Below, one piece after another: positions 1 through 14,286 of a DNA stretch of 64,000 nt. Source of the stretch: Eledone cirrhosa (taxonomy: Eukaryota); assembly GCA_964016885.1 (NCBI GenBank), contig OZ024741.1, forward strand, positions 348,254,001 to 348,318,000, written 5' to 3'. A program made the translations under genes and the position numbers. Each line of letters begins with the position of its first letter. Positions within the stretch are counted from its first letter, which is position 1. Under the pieces are notes generated by a model. It saw nothing but the letters and a program-made list of their open reading frames with translations, had not been told where the DNA came from and ran no database searches.

Positions 1-759
1 ACATTTTGTTTTTTTCAGCAAACTTCGGAATCTGTCTAATCGCCGTCCACACAGTATTATCTCTCCGCCGTGTTGTTTCATCTATTCCGTATAGCGAATT
101 CTAATTTTATAGACAACAGTAAGATATGTAAAAGGTAGGTCAGAGTTTAATACAATCGGTGAATTTCCGATAACAGTAGATTTACAATATCACAGAGCAT
201 ATATAAAATGAATAAAATTAACCAGGATTAAATAACATTAAATTGTTTTATTTATTTACAAACGTTTCTATCAACACAGTAAGAAAATAAATTTTTCATC
301 AGTATTTGTTTCTTCAATGTCTATTAAACAACATAAATACAATAAATATTTACCAAACAGATATCTGGACACCTCCATTGCGAAACCGTATGCAGATTAA
401 TATGCAGTTAGGAAAACGTTAAACATTTGTGAAAGACTAAACACGAAATTTATTGGTAATAAACATATAACGTGCACTGACGAAAAATTACTTAGTTTAA
501 CATTTACACTCTAAAAAAGGATTTTATTCAGTACTCTATCAGATGGATATTATTAATTCATTAAAGCCGTATAGGAGCGGTGGGATTAGATGTGATCTGC
601 ACTAGAAATAATAAATTCTGAAATTAGTCGTCTCCACTCTAGAAATAAGATAGTCCCTTTTTGTCTTCATAGCCAATTTCACTCTTTTTAAAATAAAAAC
701 CTGTTTACGTTCTATTTTTCCTCTTCACGCACAGAATAGTCCTCACATGCATCCTATAT

Positions 760-1440
760 ATTTCGAGAGGGCGGCCCTTTATTACAACTATGACCTAAGC
801 AATTGTGGCTTCGAGAAAATATTTTACTCTCCAGACCATCGCCGTATATCTAGCAAAATAAAATCCAGGCAGAAAGCCATCGTGTGTTTTGTGTCTCCAT
901 TCGCGCTCAATGTAATTACGAAATTCACATTACATTCAGATCTACATTTCTTGTAAGCCATAAATAATGACAAATATTTATACGACGCACAGACAAAATA
1001 GGCTATTCGTGTACCAAAAACATGAAATCACACACCACCAGCAAATGTAAAAGCCACCAATCTTACGGATGTTCATGCAGAGAGTCAGAACTACGCACAC
1101 TAGATCAAAATCAATACTCCAGTGGGGTTATATGAAGCAGAATTCACCTCCACCAAATAGAACCATCTCACAGAAGCGTGTCCGAGAGCTGGTTCAAAAG
1201 TCTTTTCCAGAACCATGAAACGACCATCAGATATCCAGACAAAAAGAAATATACCAGTTTGCTTGCAAACCAGTGGTGGAACCCCAAAGTGATCGGCACA
1301 GCATTCTCTATTAAATGGAGGACACTGAAAAGATCAGGCCCCAACTTTTATGGGGCGAAATTTTGTTAGCCTTTTGATCCGAAACGTGGAATATACTCTC
1401 AGAATGCTGCTTAAATACGAGCCTTCAATGTTGTCCCCAA
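760..1440 (+). pseudogene. Highly decayed Penelope-like element fragment (Hydra-like; RT C-terminus, linker and GIY-YIG remnant)
   Basis: Pieces in different frames read FERAALYYNYDLSNCGF, KIGYSCTKNM, FKSLFQNHETT, IKWRTLKRSGPNFYGAKFC. They are colinear with the better preserved element at 3817-5560 (FDKNATFYNEALARSGH, KFSYSTTKN, FKVRFNTH, LTWSVLKRATPY). Many stops and frameshifts. Confidence 0.6.
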
Positions 1441-1742
1441 ATTTGTTCTAGTAAAGTGTCTAAACCAGATTAATATTTTCGACTTTTCAAATTTAACCTT
1501 GTCCCTTTGTAAGACACGAGTTACTTACCTTCATTTTGATAGAGTTAGCTCCCTTTCCGTTTATATAATTTAAGGTTCTTGTCTAATTAATGGATAATTT
1601 CCGGACCACTTGCCTTTGGAACTCTCCTTATACTTTCAAAAACCTACTCGGTTGGACGCCAATGTTATTATGACAAGCTAAATGATTTGGGATAAATATC
1701 TCAACGAAATATAAGTACCAGTATATGTCACTGTTTTTACTG

Positions 1743-1789
<47 letters not shown>

Positions 1790-1793
<4 letters not shown>

Positions 1794-2340
1794 CGTTTCT
1801 GAATTTGTCTAGCAAGATTCTTTATTTGAAAAGGTGTGTTGAAACCGATATTGTTATGCTTTGGGAGGGTCATGTTACCAATAATGAACTCCAACCAAAA
1901 TTAAATAGAAAACATGAATGGAATAGCAACATCACAACTTACAATTAAGGACAAAATGAAAACACACACACATACATAGAACAATCAACCAACTAGTAAC
2001 ATGTAAATAAACAAATAAATAAACAAATATAAACACACACAGACACCCGGATGTAACACATGCGCAAATTAAGCACACAACACACACAACACACACAAAA
2101 ACAAGATGGCGTAGGACAGAACAAAGGAGAGGTACACAAACAAAGAAAATAATCCCCAGTCACTGAAGATGTCACATAATATGTGACGAAAGAATTTTGA
2201 CAATATATGAACAACCGTCGGGTTGTGGAACGAACCAGCCAACCGGAAATTTATAAATTTAACTTATAATAAATTGGAGTGAAAGCTGCTGGTGCGTGTG
2301 TTCCTTATTGGCAACATAACCCTCCCAAAGTATAACAATA
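1790..2340 (+). mobile_element. Solo 3' end/pLTR of the Naiad-like PLE family with an inverted 5' segment
   Basis: 1886-2340 is the reverse complement of ~20720-21178 and encodes the last residues ELQPKLNRKHEWNSNITTYN*. 1790-1885 matches 20660-20752 directly, i.e. is inverted relative to the rest. Flanked by (TA)n on both sides. Confidence 0.85.
2159..2201 (+). ncRNA. Minimal type I hammerhead ribozyme motif (Naiad-like pLTR)
   Basis: GUCA CUGAAGA U GUCACAU-AAU-AUGUGAC GAAA GAAU UU UGAC: stem I GUCA/UGAC, 7-bp stem II, CUGANGA and GAAA boxes. Confidence 0.7.
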
Positions 2341-3611
2341 TATATATATATATAACTTAATAAAATAATGAATAAACAAAGAAACAGTTCCTTATATTAA
2401 ACAAATTCATCATTTTACGATCGTTTCTAGGATATATATGTGTTAGAGTTGGTATGCATATTCTATAGATCTATGTACAATATTTATACAAACTATCAGA
2501 GGGAATATACATACCTACACATATATATGCTGTCTTCAGAAATAATGATATTTGTTTATTGAAAAAAAACAAAGATGCAATACAATAGGTCTGTTTGGGA
2601 ACAGGTTTTGAATTGACCAATAGAGAGATAGTGAGGGTCAGGTTAGTAATATAGTAGTAGAAGAACCGTAAATTATGGTTAGAGGAAGGTAGATTTCAGT
2701 TTTAGATGGAAAAGAATATTATGAATGAAGGATTATTTTAGGGAAGAAATAGGTCTTATGCTGACCTCAGAAATAATTTTATTTGTTCATTGAATAAAAC
2801 CAACAAAGATCTAATATATTCTGTCTGTATGGTAAGAGGTTTAGAATTAACCAATAGAAAGTTAATAATTGGCCAAATGGTAAAATAGTAATAATTGAAG
2901 CTTATTTTAGGGGTGAAAATAGGTCAGGTGGTCAGTAAAAGGTATACAAGCAGTTGCTGTTATAAAGTAGTAATGCCAATACAAATATCTAAGGTGACTA
3001 AAGTTTTAAGATAAGAATGTTAGTGAAAAACATACATCTATGAAAAGAATATAAATTAATTTAATTGATGGGTATAATTTATATTGATAAAATTATACTA
3101 ATACATATAGATATGATAAATAAGAGTTAGATGCAGTTGAAAAGTGCTGTTAAAAATGAGGGGAAATTAAAAGAATATAAAAATAATATATATATATATA
3201 TATATACTTATACATATATATATATACACATATATATACACATACACACATATATATATATATATATATATACACTTAAATATACATATATATATATACA
3301 TATGTATACACATACACACACACACATACACACATATATATATATACATATATATACACACATATACATATATATATATATATATATATACATAGATATA
3401 TACATGCATATATACATACATACACATACATATATACACACACATATACACTTATATATACATATAATTATTGGGGGGGGGGATTACATTTATTAGTGAG
3501 AAATAGTAAATATATATAGTTTTCAAGGAACATAGAGTCATAACCTGAAGTTAAAGCATATATATGTTTACTTAATGGTATCAGTTTTAGGAAATGATAT
3601 TTGTAAGAAGG

Positions 3612-3833
3612 AAAGCAAAATTATGTAGTTCATCAGTAGTAGAATATTAGTTATAGGTTAACTAAATTAAAAATAGTTTATATATTAATTTCTGAAGTGT
3701 ATATTAATTAGGTTTATAATTTTTAAAGCAGAATTATGTAGTTCATCAGTAGTAGAATATTAATTATAGGTTAACTAAATTAAAAATAATTTATAAATTA
3801 ATTTCTAAAGTGTATATTAATTAGGTTTATAAT
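3612..3833. repeat. ~113-bp tandem duplication overlapping the PLE stop codon
   Basis: AAAGCA(A/G)AATTATGTAGTTCATCAGTAGTAG...TTAGGTTTATAAT occurs twice (~3612 and ~3725). Confidence 0.85.
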
Positions 3834-4308
3834 ATTTAAAGTTTTTTCTCAGTTTATGATTACACGATATTATTAATTCCTGTCGCTTATTTAATAGGAT
3901 ATCCTTAGATTTCATTATTTCAAAACGTTCTTGGGAACATAATCTACATTCATTTCTACTATTTTGATAAGGGGTGGCCCTTTTGAGCACACTCCAGGTC
4001 AGGTCATATTCTATATTCCTCTTTCTATAACTATTTATTATTTCAGCTAGAGATGTTGTATTAGCTAGTGCGGCATTTTTAAAACTATGTTTGTGGGTAT
4101 TAAATCTTACCTTAAATTTGTTAGAGGTAGCTCCTATATATGAATAAATTGAGTCCTTAGTGTTAACTTTACATTTATATACTATGTTATTAACAAGGCA
4201 ATTTCCTTTTAATGGACAGTTTGCCTTGTTTCTACAGTTACAACTTTTCGTGAATCCTGTATCTGAGGAGATATTATGGTTAGTTTGATGTACTGGTGGT
4301 ATACTCAT
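3817..4308 (-). pseudogene. PLE GIY-YIG endonuclease (Hydra-type CxC-x5-C linker)
   Basis: CNCRNKANCPLKGNC, IVYKC...SYIGAT, FKVRFNTH, CRLCSQE, LLNKRQELIISCNH; no CCHH motif. Confidence 0.9.
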
Positions 4309-4439
4309 GGTTTTTTTACATTTATATGCATTATAGGCACTTATATTTTGTTTTATGTTTTTGGTTGTTGAGTAGGAGAATTTAACCGTTGATCTATTTA
4401 AGATTTGATGGTATTTGTGGTTTGGCGGGAAGTTTTTCT

Positions 4440-5465
4440 CTAGGATATTAAATAATTTTTTAGGTATATTATCCTTAATTTGTAAATTAAATGGAGCATT
4501 GTACCAAGTAACTCGTCTATTACGGTTTCGATGTTGTTTATTGTTTTATAGGATGCATCCTGATGTTTATTAAGAGAATTATTGTTAATGACCTCACCAC
4601 ACACATTTTTAGTTAGATTTATTGATTTAGGTGTTTTAGCTTGTTTATTAGGAGTTTTATTATTAACATTTATTAGAGTTGTAGGATGAGTAGTTTTTTG
4701 AGAGTTACTATACTGTATATTAGAAGAGTTAAAGAAATTTGGTTTTATGTTGGTGTTTTGGGGTATAGTGTGAGTGGAATTTAGGTGTGTATGTTTCATT
4801 TGGTGTTTGTTGGTAATATTAGGTTGTATGTTTGTAGTGTTATTGGTAGAAGGTATATATACTAATCTATTTTTGTGGCCACTTCTAGCTAGAGCTTCGT
4901 TATAAAAGGTCGCATTTTTATCAAATACATCTTGGTTAGACGAAAGGTTAGAAATTCTAAGTGATATATTATATGCAAGGTTTTTAAGGATAGATTTAGG
5001 GTGATTAGATTGTGAGTGTATGTAGTGTAAATTTTGGTTGGGTTTATGGTAAGGTTGGTAGATACCCGTAGATAAGTCTAATGTTATATCTAGGAAATTA
5101 ACTACTTTACTTGTGTTTTCAAATGTAATATCTAGACTATAATAGTCTTCGAGGAAAGTTCTAATAAGCTTTTTATATTTTTCTATCTCTGAGAGGCTAA
5201 GGTTATTGGAAAGAAGAAGACAGTCGTCACGATATAAACCACCTTTAAGGTGGGGAAAAGAAGCATTTATGTTAACAAGAAGAAAGAGGCCCACAAGATC
5301 AGTAATTTGGGCAGAATCGCTTGAGCCCATAGTAATATCGAATAGATTACTATATGTGTTTCTGGTCCAGTATTCATTCTGAAATTCCAATAGTGTTAGT
5401 CTAACATGTGTAATAATATTAATGTCATCCAAAGTTAAGTTAGATCTATTTTTAGCAAATATCAA
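4440..5465 (-). pseudogene. PLE reverse transcriptase (partial, frameshifted before the EN)
   Basis: FDITMGSSDSAQITDLVG, GLYRDD, VNFLDITLDL, PYHKPN, YIHSQSNHP. Upstream FLQFDID motif at ~5500-5525. N/T/K-rich low-complexity linker. Confidence 0.9.
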
Positions 5466-5556
5466 GGCTTTGTTCAGGAGTATAGAAGAAGAATAATTAT
5501 CTATATCAAATTGTAGAAATGAAGCAGAGGATTTATTTCTAATATTATTAAACCAG

Positions 5557-5624
<68 letters not shown>

Positions 5625-5816
5625 TATATACACATATATACATATATATATGTGTGTGTGTGTATGCGTGTGCGTGTGTGTATAACCCATTGCTATAATT
5701 TTCGATATATCGAGATCACCTCATTGAGTGCTTAGTAACAATCTCAGAAGATTAATTTCGAAAAATGTTAATCGCAGCTGCAACTTCGATTTTACTCACT
5801 ATTATTTTTTTTCCTA

Positions 5817-5967
5817 GCTTTTACGCATAGAGTTACGGCCCTTGCCATTCTGAGTTCAAATCCCGCCGATGTTCACTTTGCCTTTCATCCTTACGGGGTC
5901 GATAAAATAAAGTACCACTAATGTACTGGGTAATTGCTGGCCTTGTGCCAAGAGTAGAAACAATTAT
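5817..5967 (+). mobile_element. tRNA-derived SINE, 5' truncated
   Basis: B box GAGTTCAAATCC followed by GCCTTTCATCCTTACGGGGTCGATAAAATAAAGTACC core and GGCCTTGTGCC-AGTAGAAACAATT tail; same family as 56517-56710. Confidence 0.85.
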
Positions 5968-6324
5968 TTTTTCTCCTAGCCTTTATAATAATTAATTAAT
6001 TAATTGATTAATTGATTAATTATTTTTTGTTTGTTTGATAACCTAGTTGAGCGCTTACTTTAGAGGCTGTGAATAAATTATTTTGTTCACACTTTTGAAT
6101 ATGTCCGCCAAAGCCCGGATATGAATCTTCTTTTCTTGAGAAAGAATGCGTGACCCTGCTGCCAAGATGACTGCTACAGTCCTTGCCATTGGTGTTAATA
6201 AGCGCCTGTGGTGGATAACGGAACGAAATGTCTGTTGAGAAAGGGACATTACTGGCTTGCATATTACGCAACTTGGAGTGTAGTTTTCGGATTTCTCAGA
6301 AACCAATCGGAAGTATATATACAA

Positions 6325-6498
6325 TTGTTCCTACTTTTAGCATCAGGCCAACAATTACTAGTACTTTATGTTATCGACCCCGTAAGGATGACAGGCAAAG
6401 CTAACCTCGGCGGGATTTAAACTCAGAATGGCAAAGGGCGTAATTCTATGCGTCAAAGCATGGTTTCCGACCCTCTACCGATAATGCCAATCAACCGG
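6325..6498 (-). mobile_element. tRNA-derived SINE
   Basis: Reverse complement of the same SINE (ATCGACCCCGTAAGGATGA...GGCGGGATTTAAACTCAG...CCGACCCTCTACCGATAATGCCAATC). Confidence 0.85.
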
Positions 6499-6759
6499 AA
6501 GTATATATATAATATCTATCGTTCAGGTCCAGGTTCGTCTTTAACCTTGTATTTTCGTTGTTGTGGTGGCAATGTGGCAACATCTCTCCGGTCACATGTT
6601 TCACTCTGTCACACCACTAACGTATTGTTATTACTCTAAGCTATAATTTATCGATTTAGCGATATCACCACATTGCGTGTTTCGTGCCAGCTTTAGAAGA
6701 TTGATTTCGAAAAATACTAATCGCAGCTGCAACTTCACTTATATATATACATAAATACA

Positions 6760-6792
<33 letters not shown>

Positions 6793-6793
6793 T

Positions 6794-6935
<142 letters not shown>

Positions 6936-8113
6936 CGTGTGTGTGTTTGTTTGAATGAGTGCATTGGAATACTTCTATTTTTATATAGCTAAGTGTAGGG
7001 TACGCTAACATGTACATGCCTGTTTTTTTTCCTTTACATTTACGTGATCACACATAATTGATATTTGATATTATATTAACACGAGTTAAGTGCGTATATG
7101 CATATAGGGATTCAAAATCCAACGCTTACTTGCTTTCCTATAACGTATTTGTATTGACTTGGTGGGCGTGATGAAGTGTTTATTGTAGATGTTGATATTT
7201 TTCTGCAGATCACCGTTCATCGACCAAACAGGTGAAGAAAATTTTAGCTGCGTCTATCCCATTTTTATTCTTCTTACATTGTGTAAAGAATACAGTACAA
7301 CATGTTCCCTGACATCACATAATAAGCCAATAGGATGTGATATAATGGCGAATAAACTGCTTTATTTTGCTTATGTGTTTCTTAGCTTATATACGTAATT
7401 TTTTACTCGATGTTATGTTGTTCCCACACATATGCTGTTATATATGTTATTGCTTGATTGTTTATTTGTAAGTGTGCAATATGTGTTAATAACTGACATG
7501 ATATTATGCGTAGGTGTATGTGTTTGAGTTTGCTTAAGGAGACATATGTGTCGTAGTGTTTCAATATCAATCTTCTAAATATCGTGGATACTGTAAAGTA
7601 CTGCATAATTCCAGAGCATGCTAGAACAGCAACAATAGCTGCATACATAATATAATAATAACTTTTCTGTTAATAGGGCATTCTTATATAGTATTTGAAA
7701 TTGGAAATACTAGGAAAATGAAGACACATTAAGTAAATATATCCTACGATCATTATTCGAACCAGCTGGAACGTATTGTTGCACAATGTCAATAATACGT
7801 TGGCTCCTGCACAACGTAGATTCCAAATTGTGTGTATTAATTTATGTATCTCCACATTTAGAACTTGCTATCTGCAATCGAAACATATTTGTATAGGAAA
7901 TATTTCTTTTATTCCACACGGTCAGAAATATACAGAAACGAAAATGTACTTTACAGCTCCGAGACAGATTTATATACAGTAACACATTTTATCGGTTTCA
8001 CAAAATGTTATGACATAGAAAGACGTAACTTTTCTTTTCAATTTTGAACATCGTCAAAACTCGTGGAGGCAGTAAAGTTTTCAAGTGTATTTTGAACTTC
8101 TTTTCGTTATGTT

Positions 8114-8771
8114 CATTATTTAACGGCTTATAAGACGCCCCTCACTTTTGAAAGGCATTAACAAAAAAGAAAATAAATAAGTTTAAACTAAGAATGTCAG
8201 GTGAAGCGTATAATGTTTGTATATCGTATTTTTTTTATTTTCATTCTACTTCAAATGCTAGTTGTAATATTTTCGAATATTTCTAAAACATGAGGAGATG
8301 TGAAAATAAATATACTTTATTCTATACTTTAGATTTTGTGTTGTAATATTTAGTATAATTTTAAAACAAAAGAAAATGGAAATAAATTTATGTTACTCAT
8401 CATAAAATTTATTCAACTTGTAGCTTTTTTTTTTTTAGAAAAGAGTCGCACTTGGTGAAGAAGCTATCGCCACAATGTTTACATTTTCATAGATGTTTAC
8501 GGTATAATTTAAGGACAACTACAGTACTAGAAGAACAGAAAATAAGTAAGTTTAAACTAAGAATGTCAGGTGAAGGGTATAATGTTTGTATATCGAATTT
8601 TTTTATTTTCATTCTACTTGAAATGCTAGTTGTAATATTTTCGAATATTTCTAAAACATAAGGAGGTGTGAAAATAAACTTAACCTTGACGTTATATTAT
8701 ATTCTGGCGCAAGATGATATTCTGGGACATTTTATTGAACAGATTTTGAGTTTATAAGCCGTCAAATATAG
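8114..8771. mobile_element. Possible pogo/Tc1-type MITE with internal ~135-bp direct duplication
   Basis: Imperfect TIRs: TATTTAACGGCTTATAAGA (left) versus reverse complement of TTTTATAAGCCGTCAAATATAG (right), followed by TA. Internal duplicates at ~8178-8310 and ~8548-8678. Confidence 0.45.
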
Positions 8772-9206
8772 TATATAGTTGTAGTTATAATGTGTTAATT
8801 AATCAGTGATTAGTTTCGAAGTCGCAAACCTCGATCAATAAACGCCGGAATGAACAGGATTAAACAGACTGCATCAGTAAACATTTCCTATTATCATATA
8901 GTGTCCCGCAGGTCTTTCTAAGACCGAGTATAATACTGAATAAGAAAGCAATGCGGTTATCCTTCTCCACATTTTATTTATTATGTAATAGCAGTTCTAC
9001 ACAATTTCGCGTAACTGTTACGTAGTTGTACACACTCAGGCACGATTTTGTGAGTCAGCTCTCAGCTGTATATACTTTCAGTGATTTACATTTCGATGTT
9101 GATGCTTGACTACTCTGTCAATATACTGACAGGCTAGTGGATAGGGTAGAACATAACTGGTTATATTAATTATAAAATGTACACACACACACACATATAT
9201 ATATAG

Positions 9207-9275
<69 letters not shown>

Positions 9276-9294
9276 TATATATATATAATATGAA

Positions 9295-9515
9295 GGATGG
9301 TGGATTAGCAGCATTTCTATACCATCGGATAAAATACCATTGCGGATTCGTTCTAGGCTTTTTATATTTTGAGTTCAAATCCCATCGAGATCAACTTTGC
9401 CATTTATCCTTCAGGGGTCTATAGAATAGCGCAATATTCAAGTACTTAGGTTGCATTAATTAACTTCGATTTTCTACGATATTTTACTAGCCTAGGAACA
9501 AAATTAAGAATCAAT
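9295..9515 (+). mobile_element. Degenerate tRNA-derived SINE
   Basis: GGTGGATTAGCAG head, GAGTTCAAATCCC B box, TTTGCCATTTATCCTTCAGGGGTCTATAG core. Confidence 0.65.
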
Positions 9516-10727
9516 ATCTAACTTTTGAAAAAAACTAAATGTTCCATCCTATTATCAAACCCATGTAGCCATGTTCAATTTGGAGTTGTTAATGTCAATT
9601 GAAATTAGTGTCTTAATGTTTCTCGTCATTAATACAAATAAACAACTCCATTTTACTGACCGAGTTGGTAGTTAGTTTTATTGGTTGATTACACTGATAT
9701 GAGGAAATCGAATGTTTGATTGGTCAAAATGATGGCAATTCAATCAACAAAGATTTGCCGTTACGTAGCAATCAATGAGATAGTCATTTTATAGGTGTGG
9801 ATATGGTAGCTATATATGTGCTTTTAATATTTAATCTGGCCTTATCTTCAGTTTATTACAATTGTTTTCGAATAATGAACATATTAATTCATATGTAGTA
9901 AAAGATTATGCATTATGTTTCATTAGCTTTACTCTTTTACATATATGTTGTGTTTTTAATTTTAATGTCTTGTTAAAAGTAAATATTTTATTTGTTGGTT
10001 TTGTGTATATGTATCTCAACAGGTTTATTGAATCAAGATGAAGCATTAGCAGTAAAATTTATTTGATTATCTTTGTCAAATTCAATTTACACTTATAATA
10101 TCTTCAACAATGAATGGTCGTTGTCTAGCTATACCTGTAATTATAAATTCCGACAGAATATCCACATCTAGTTTGTATTTTTTAAATTATTAACAAGATA
10201 ATATAATCAGAAACGAAATTTCATAGAAACTCTATTGATTCTCAAATATTGCATTACCTGACACCGAGACATCTGGAAAGATTTTGACATATATTTTAAA
10301 CATGCCTTTCCACTAACAAAAATATCAATTGACATGCATGTAAATTCATATCACTCATATCATTCCTAAATGATCCGATATAAGGGCACATTGTAATAAT
10401 AAATATTCCTAGAGTGGTAGCTTTTCTGTCATAATGCAACCCGAAAAATACTAATGAAATCAAGTACGAACAGAATTAGCCGAGAAAAGCGCTTAGTTCT
10501 GTTCAATTCTACGAATATCTTCCCACCAATCGATCTCAGTATCAATTATTTAATCTTTAATTCGGTACAGAGGATTCGTATTTCATCTATGTCTGTTACG
10601 ATATAAAGAACGGCGACGTAGGAGAACACTAATAAAATAAAAGTAGAATTGCTCAAAACAGATTCTCCTGCTCAGTTGATCAAAACAATTGCATATACCT
10701 AAATCGAGAATCCAGCTATATGCATAG

Positions 10728-10788
<61 letters not shown>

Positions 10789-11148
10789 TATACGTGTGTG
10801 TGTGCATGCATGCGCTTGCGTGTGCATGTTTGCGTGTGTGTGTGTATGTGCGTACGTGTGCTTGTGTGTGCATGTGTGTGTGTGCGCGTGTGTGTGTAGG
10901 AATACTTGCTTACACCACTTAAATAATAGCAGCCAACTGTACTTTTAAACTACTCGATATCCGATCGCGTGGACAGAAATGAGCACTTAGCTTTATTCTT
11001 CGTATTGTATCTGACTGATCAAAGTATGTTACGCGAAGCTTCGAGTAACAACGGAGTGACTTACTAGTAAATTCACATAATTTCACACATGTAAATATGC
11101 GCAGACACAAATTCACAGATACAAATACACACACACAATATATATATA

Positions 11149-11256
<108 letters not shown>

Positions 11257-13429
11257 GCGTTTGTATATGTTTTTAGCTTGCTTGGGTACACTTCGGTCAT
11301 GTATATGCATTTCACACGCCTGCTGTTTATGGGTTGCATGACCCCTGTCGACATCCGAAAGAAAAGTTTATCTACAAAAGATATGAGAGAACGTTACTTA
11401 ATAATGCCACTAAACTGAAGAAATTCTCTTCGGAACAGTTGGCAATCTAATGGAAAATTATAATGAAACCAACTGGTAATGGAGGACGTGACTAATTGAT
11501 CAAGGCTTACAAACTGATTGAATTACTGGTAATTACGAAGTATTGACATTTTGTCTTCCTCGAAATGCAACGTCTTCAGCTAGCTAATCAAAAGTGTACG
11601 CTTTGTAGTTTGGTAAAGGTGATATGCAGATGATAAACATATTACGAACTTAACCTTTTGCTTACGGAAAATTTCAATTCAATCAATGTGTCGCCATTTT
11701 CTTTCATAAAATTTATTTACTTTAATTTCTTCCTTTCTTTTATCATCTATTCTTTCACAGTAGCCAAACAACGTAGTCACTTTGATTGAATTTAAGTTTG
11801 AAAAACAAAAAATGTGACGAACTAAAAAATCAAATGAATAAAAAATAACTAATTATCGAAGATAAGATGCCAACATAAACTACTTGTGTCCATATACCAT
11901 AAACCTTTGCGCACCGAATATGCTGTCATAATGACAGTGAGATATATGAATAGCTGATAATTTAGTAAGATATCTACTAAGTCAGTTTTAAATTGTTATG
12001 AATTTAAAGTTAGTTGGATTTTTCGAGTTCCTAACAACACTCACATGAATGTCATAATTTAAAAATCAAATTACAAAGTTAAAGCTCAGCTCAGTATCAC
12101 GGGAAATTAATTTTCCTTGTTCTTGCTGTTTTCAAAACCTAGTTCACAGTCGTTTGACCAAACCTAAAATCAAATGCATTCTGTCTATAATCGTTCTGCC
12201 CTTTTACGTATGTTTATAATTACATTAAAACTACACGTTTACGTGGGTGTTAATTTTGAATCTTAGGAAATACTTGACGTCAGAACTGCAAACTTACGGA
12301 CACTTGCATTGATTTTAAAATGTTCCATTGCCATTGAACTTGTCTTTGTTGTAGTTCTCATCAAAGTTAACGCTGACTGTGTAGACCCTTTAATCTATAT
12401 CTTTACATAGTTACGATATGTTACTTGAATATTTGACAGAATTTCTATAAGACAAATCTTTGCAATGTTTCTGGCTATCTACATACGTCAAACTACAGGT
12501 GTAATGCGTTACATACATACTTTACATTTGTTCGCATCAGATTTGCAACTTCTTGGTAGCGATTTACTGAGAAGTGTTTGGTAGTCGTTACATATGATGG
12601 ATTACATACAGTGTTTAACATTTATTGCGCATTACCGTGTACAATAGGCATCACAGTTCCTATTGTTCGCTTGAGGTTGTAGCCTTTCGTACTCATTTTT
12701 ACACGCTTAACAAATTAACATCTACTTACTAAATGACTAGTGAAGAAATTTAGACGGGAAACGTTTAAGAGAAAAATATGTTTCTCTTAGAAACATAGAA
12801 TTTTTTTCTGTGAGGCTATTTAGCTTAACTATTGCAAACCAATCTAATCGAATAATTTAAAAAGTTCTACAATTGTTTGCAAAAGCGACTTTTTTGGAGT
12901 TTTACGAATTGTATATGAACTGCCACGAACTAACTAACAAGGAGTTTAACCAAGAGCATACGACACCTAATTTTCTGAGAATACTGACACATGCATTAAA
13001 CAATGGTGTGTCTGGAGCTGAGATATATTAGAGCATTTTAGGTCATTGAGTGAGGTGTATGGCAATTTTAGCTGCTATTTCTCGTAGCTCGACAGATGGC
13101 GTAGAGGTTCTCATATTATATCAAAGTGGGTGTAAATAAACTTGGCAAATCTAATTTATTTCCTTCGTTCATGCTAATAATGTTAGTAAACGATTTTTGA
13201 ATAGGATGCGGGTAGGCAAATGGAGCATTTAGTCAATGGTGATGATAGGGGTGGGGCATTCGAATATATTTAGGCCACTATATGATCAGAATTCATTGTA
13301 TATTCCCCAATAGGATGATAAATATATAAAAAAACTAGACAAGATTAAAATCAGAATATATATAAAAAATACAGCATAGTAATAAAACTGAAACACAATA
13401 GATTTAGAAATCTAATGCATTAATGGTTA

Positions 13430-14222
13430 TCTATATATCCAAAACAGAGAATGTATGTCTGTCTGTCTGACTCCCTAAAACTCGCGAATCACCCAACCGA
13501 TTGTTTTCAAACTTTACACATGTAATACGTATGGTCCTGTGAATTTTTTAAAATGCCCTATGGACTGCATTAGGCGATTTAGCGGTCTATCTCTGTAATT
13601 CTTAGTCTTTCTTTTCAGATAGATACATAGGTATAATGTCGCACCATTATAATATCTATCTGTATGTCTGACTGTCTGCATTACGTCATTATGACGCGAT
13701 CAGTGTGAGTGTATATATGTATATATAATGTGTGTATATATATATATTCTTATGCGTCTTCACGAACCAAAGTATCGTCTTCCTGTGTTACTTTGGTCGC
13801 AACGTTTTTCGAAATATTTACATCTGCGTTCACAGATTGATTTTTTTAGTTTCAGAAGATCCCGTTATGGGTGAAAGCAGCGATTCTTTGCTTAAACTTT
13901 AATATGTTATTGTAATATAAATATTGGTGTACATATATTTTTGCATACACAAAAACAAAATATAAACAAACAAGGCCGTCGATTACATAATCACATGCAT
14001 TACTGACAGATATTTTTGCATACACAAAAACAAAGTATAAACAAACAAGGCCGCCGATTACATCAGTTAGTCTTAGTATACTTCATACTGCTTTTAGGTA
14101 GAAGATCCCGTTAAGGGTGAAAGCAGCGACAAACAAGCCCGGCGATCTCATTTGATTTTTTTTTGTTTCAGAAGATCCCGTTAAGGGTGAAAGCAGCAAT
14201 TCTTTGCTTAAACTTTAATCCG

Positions 14223-14286
<64 letters not shown>

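Larger units (their letters stand above)
2355..5560 (-). mobile_element. 5'-truncated Penelope-like retroelement (Hydra-like clade) with long AT-rich 3' region
   Basis: RT and GIY-YIG ORFs listed below. Truncation point abuts (TA)n at ~5560. The 3' end near 2355 abuts (TA)n and has a GAAACGAUC-GUA HHR 3' remnant at ~2415-2430. 3' boundary approximate. Confidence 0.8.

Noticed and set aside
255-306. Minus-strand CUGAUGA...GAAACGUU hammerhead-like motif
   Set aside because: Stem II does not close next to the core and stem I is weak; cannot be supported as an HHR.
3131-3496. Many ORFs rich in YI/HT/CV dipeptides here and throughout the window
   Set aside because: Translations of (TA)n, (CA)n and (TG)n microsatellites; not genes.
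3628-3750. Two minus-strand CUGAUGA boxes in the 113-bp tandem duplication
   Set aside because: No stem II or GAAA box follows.
9540-10350. Faint minus-strand resemblance to PLE RT/EN motifs
   Set aside because: Too decayed to support without a profile search.
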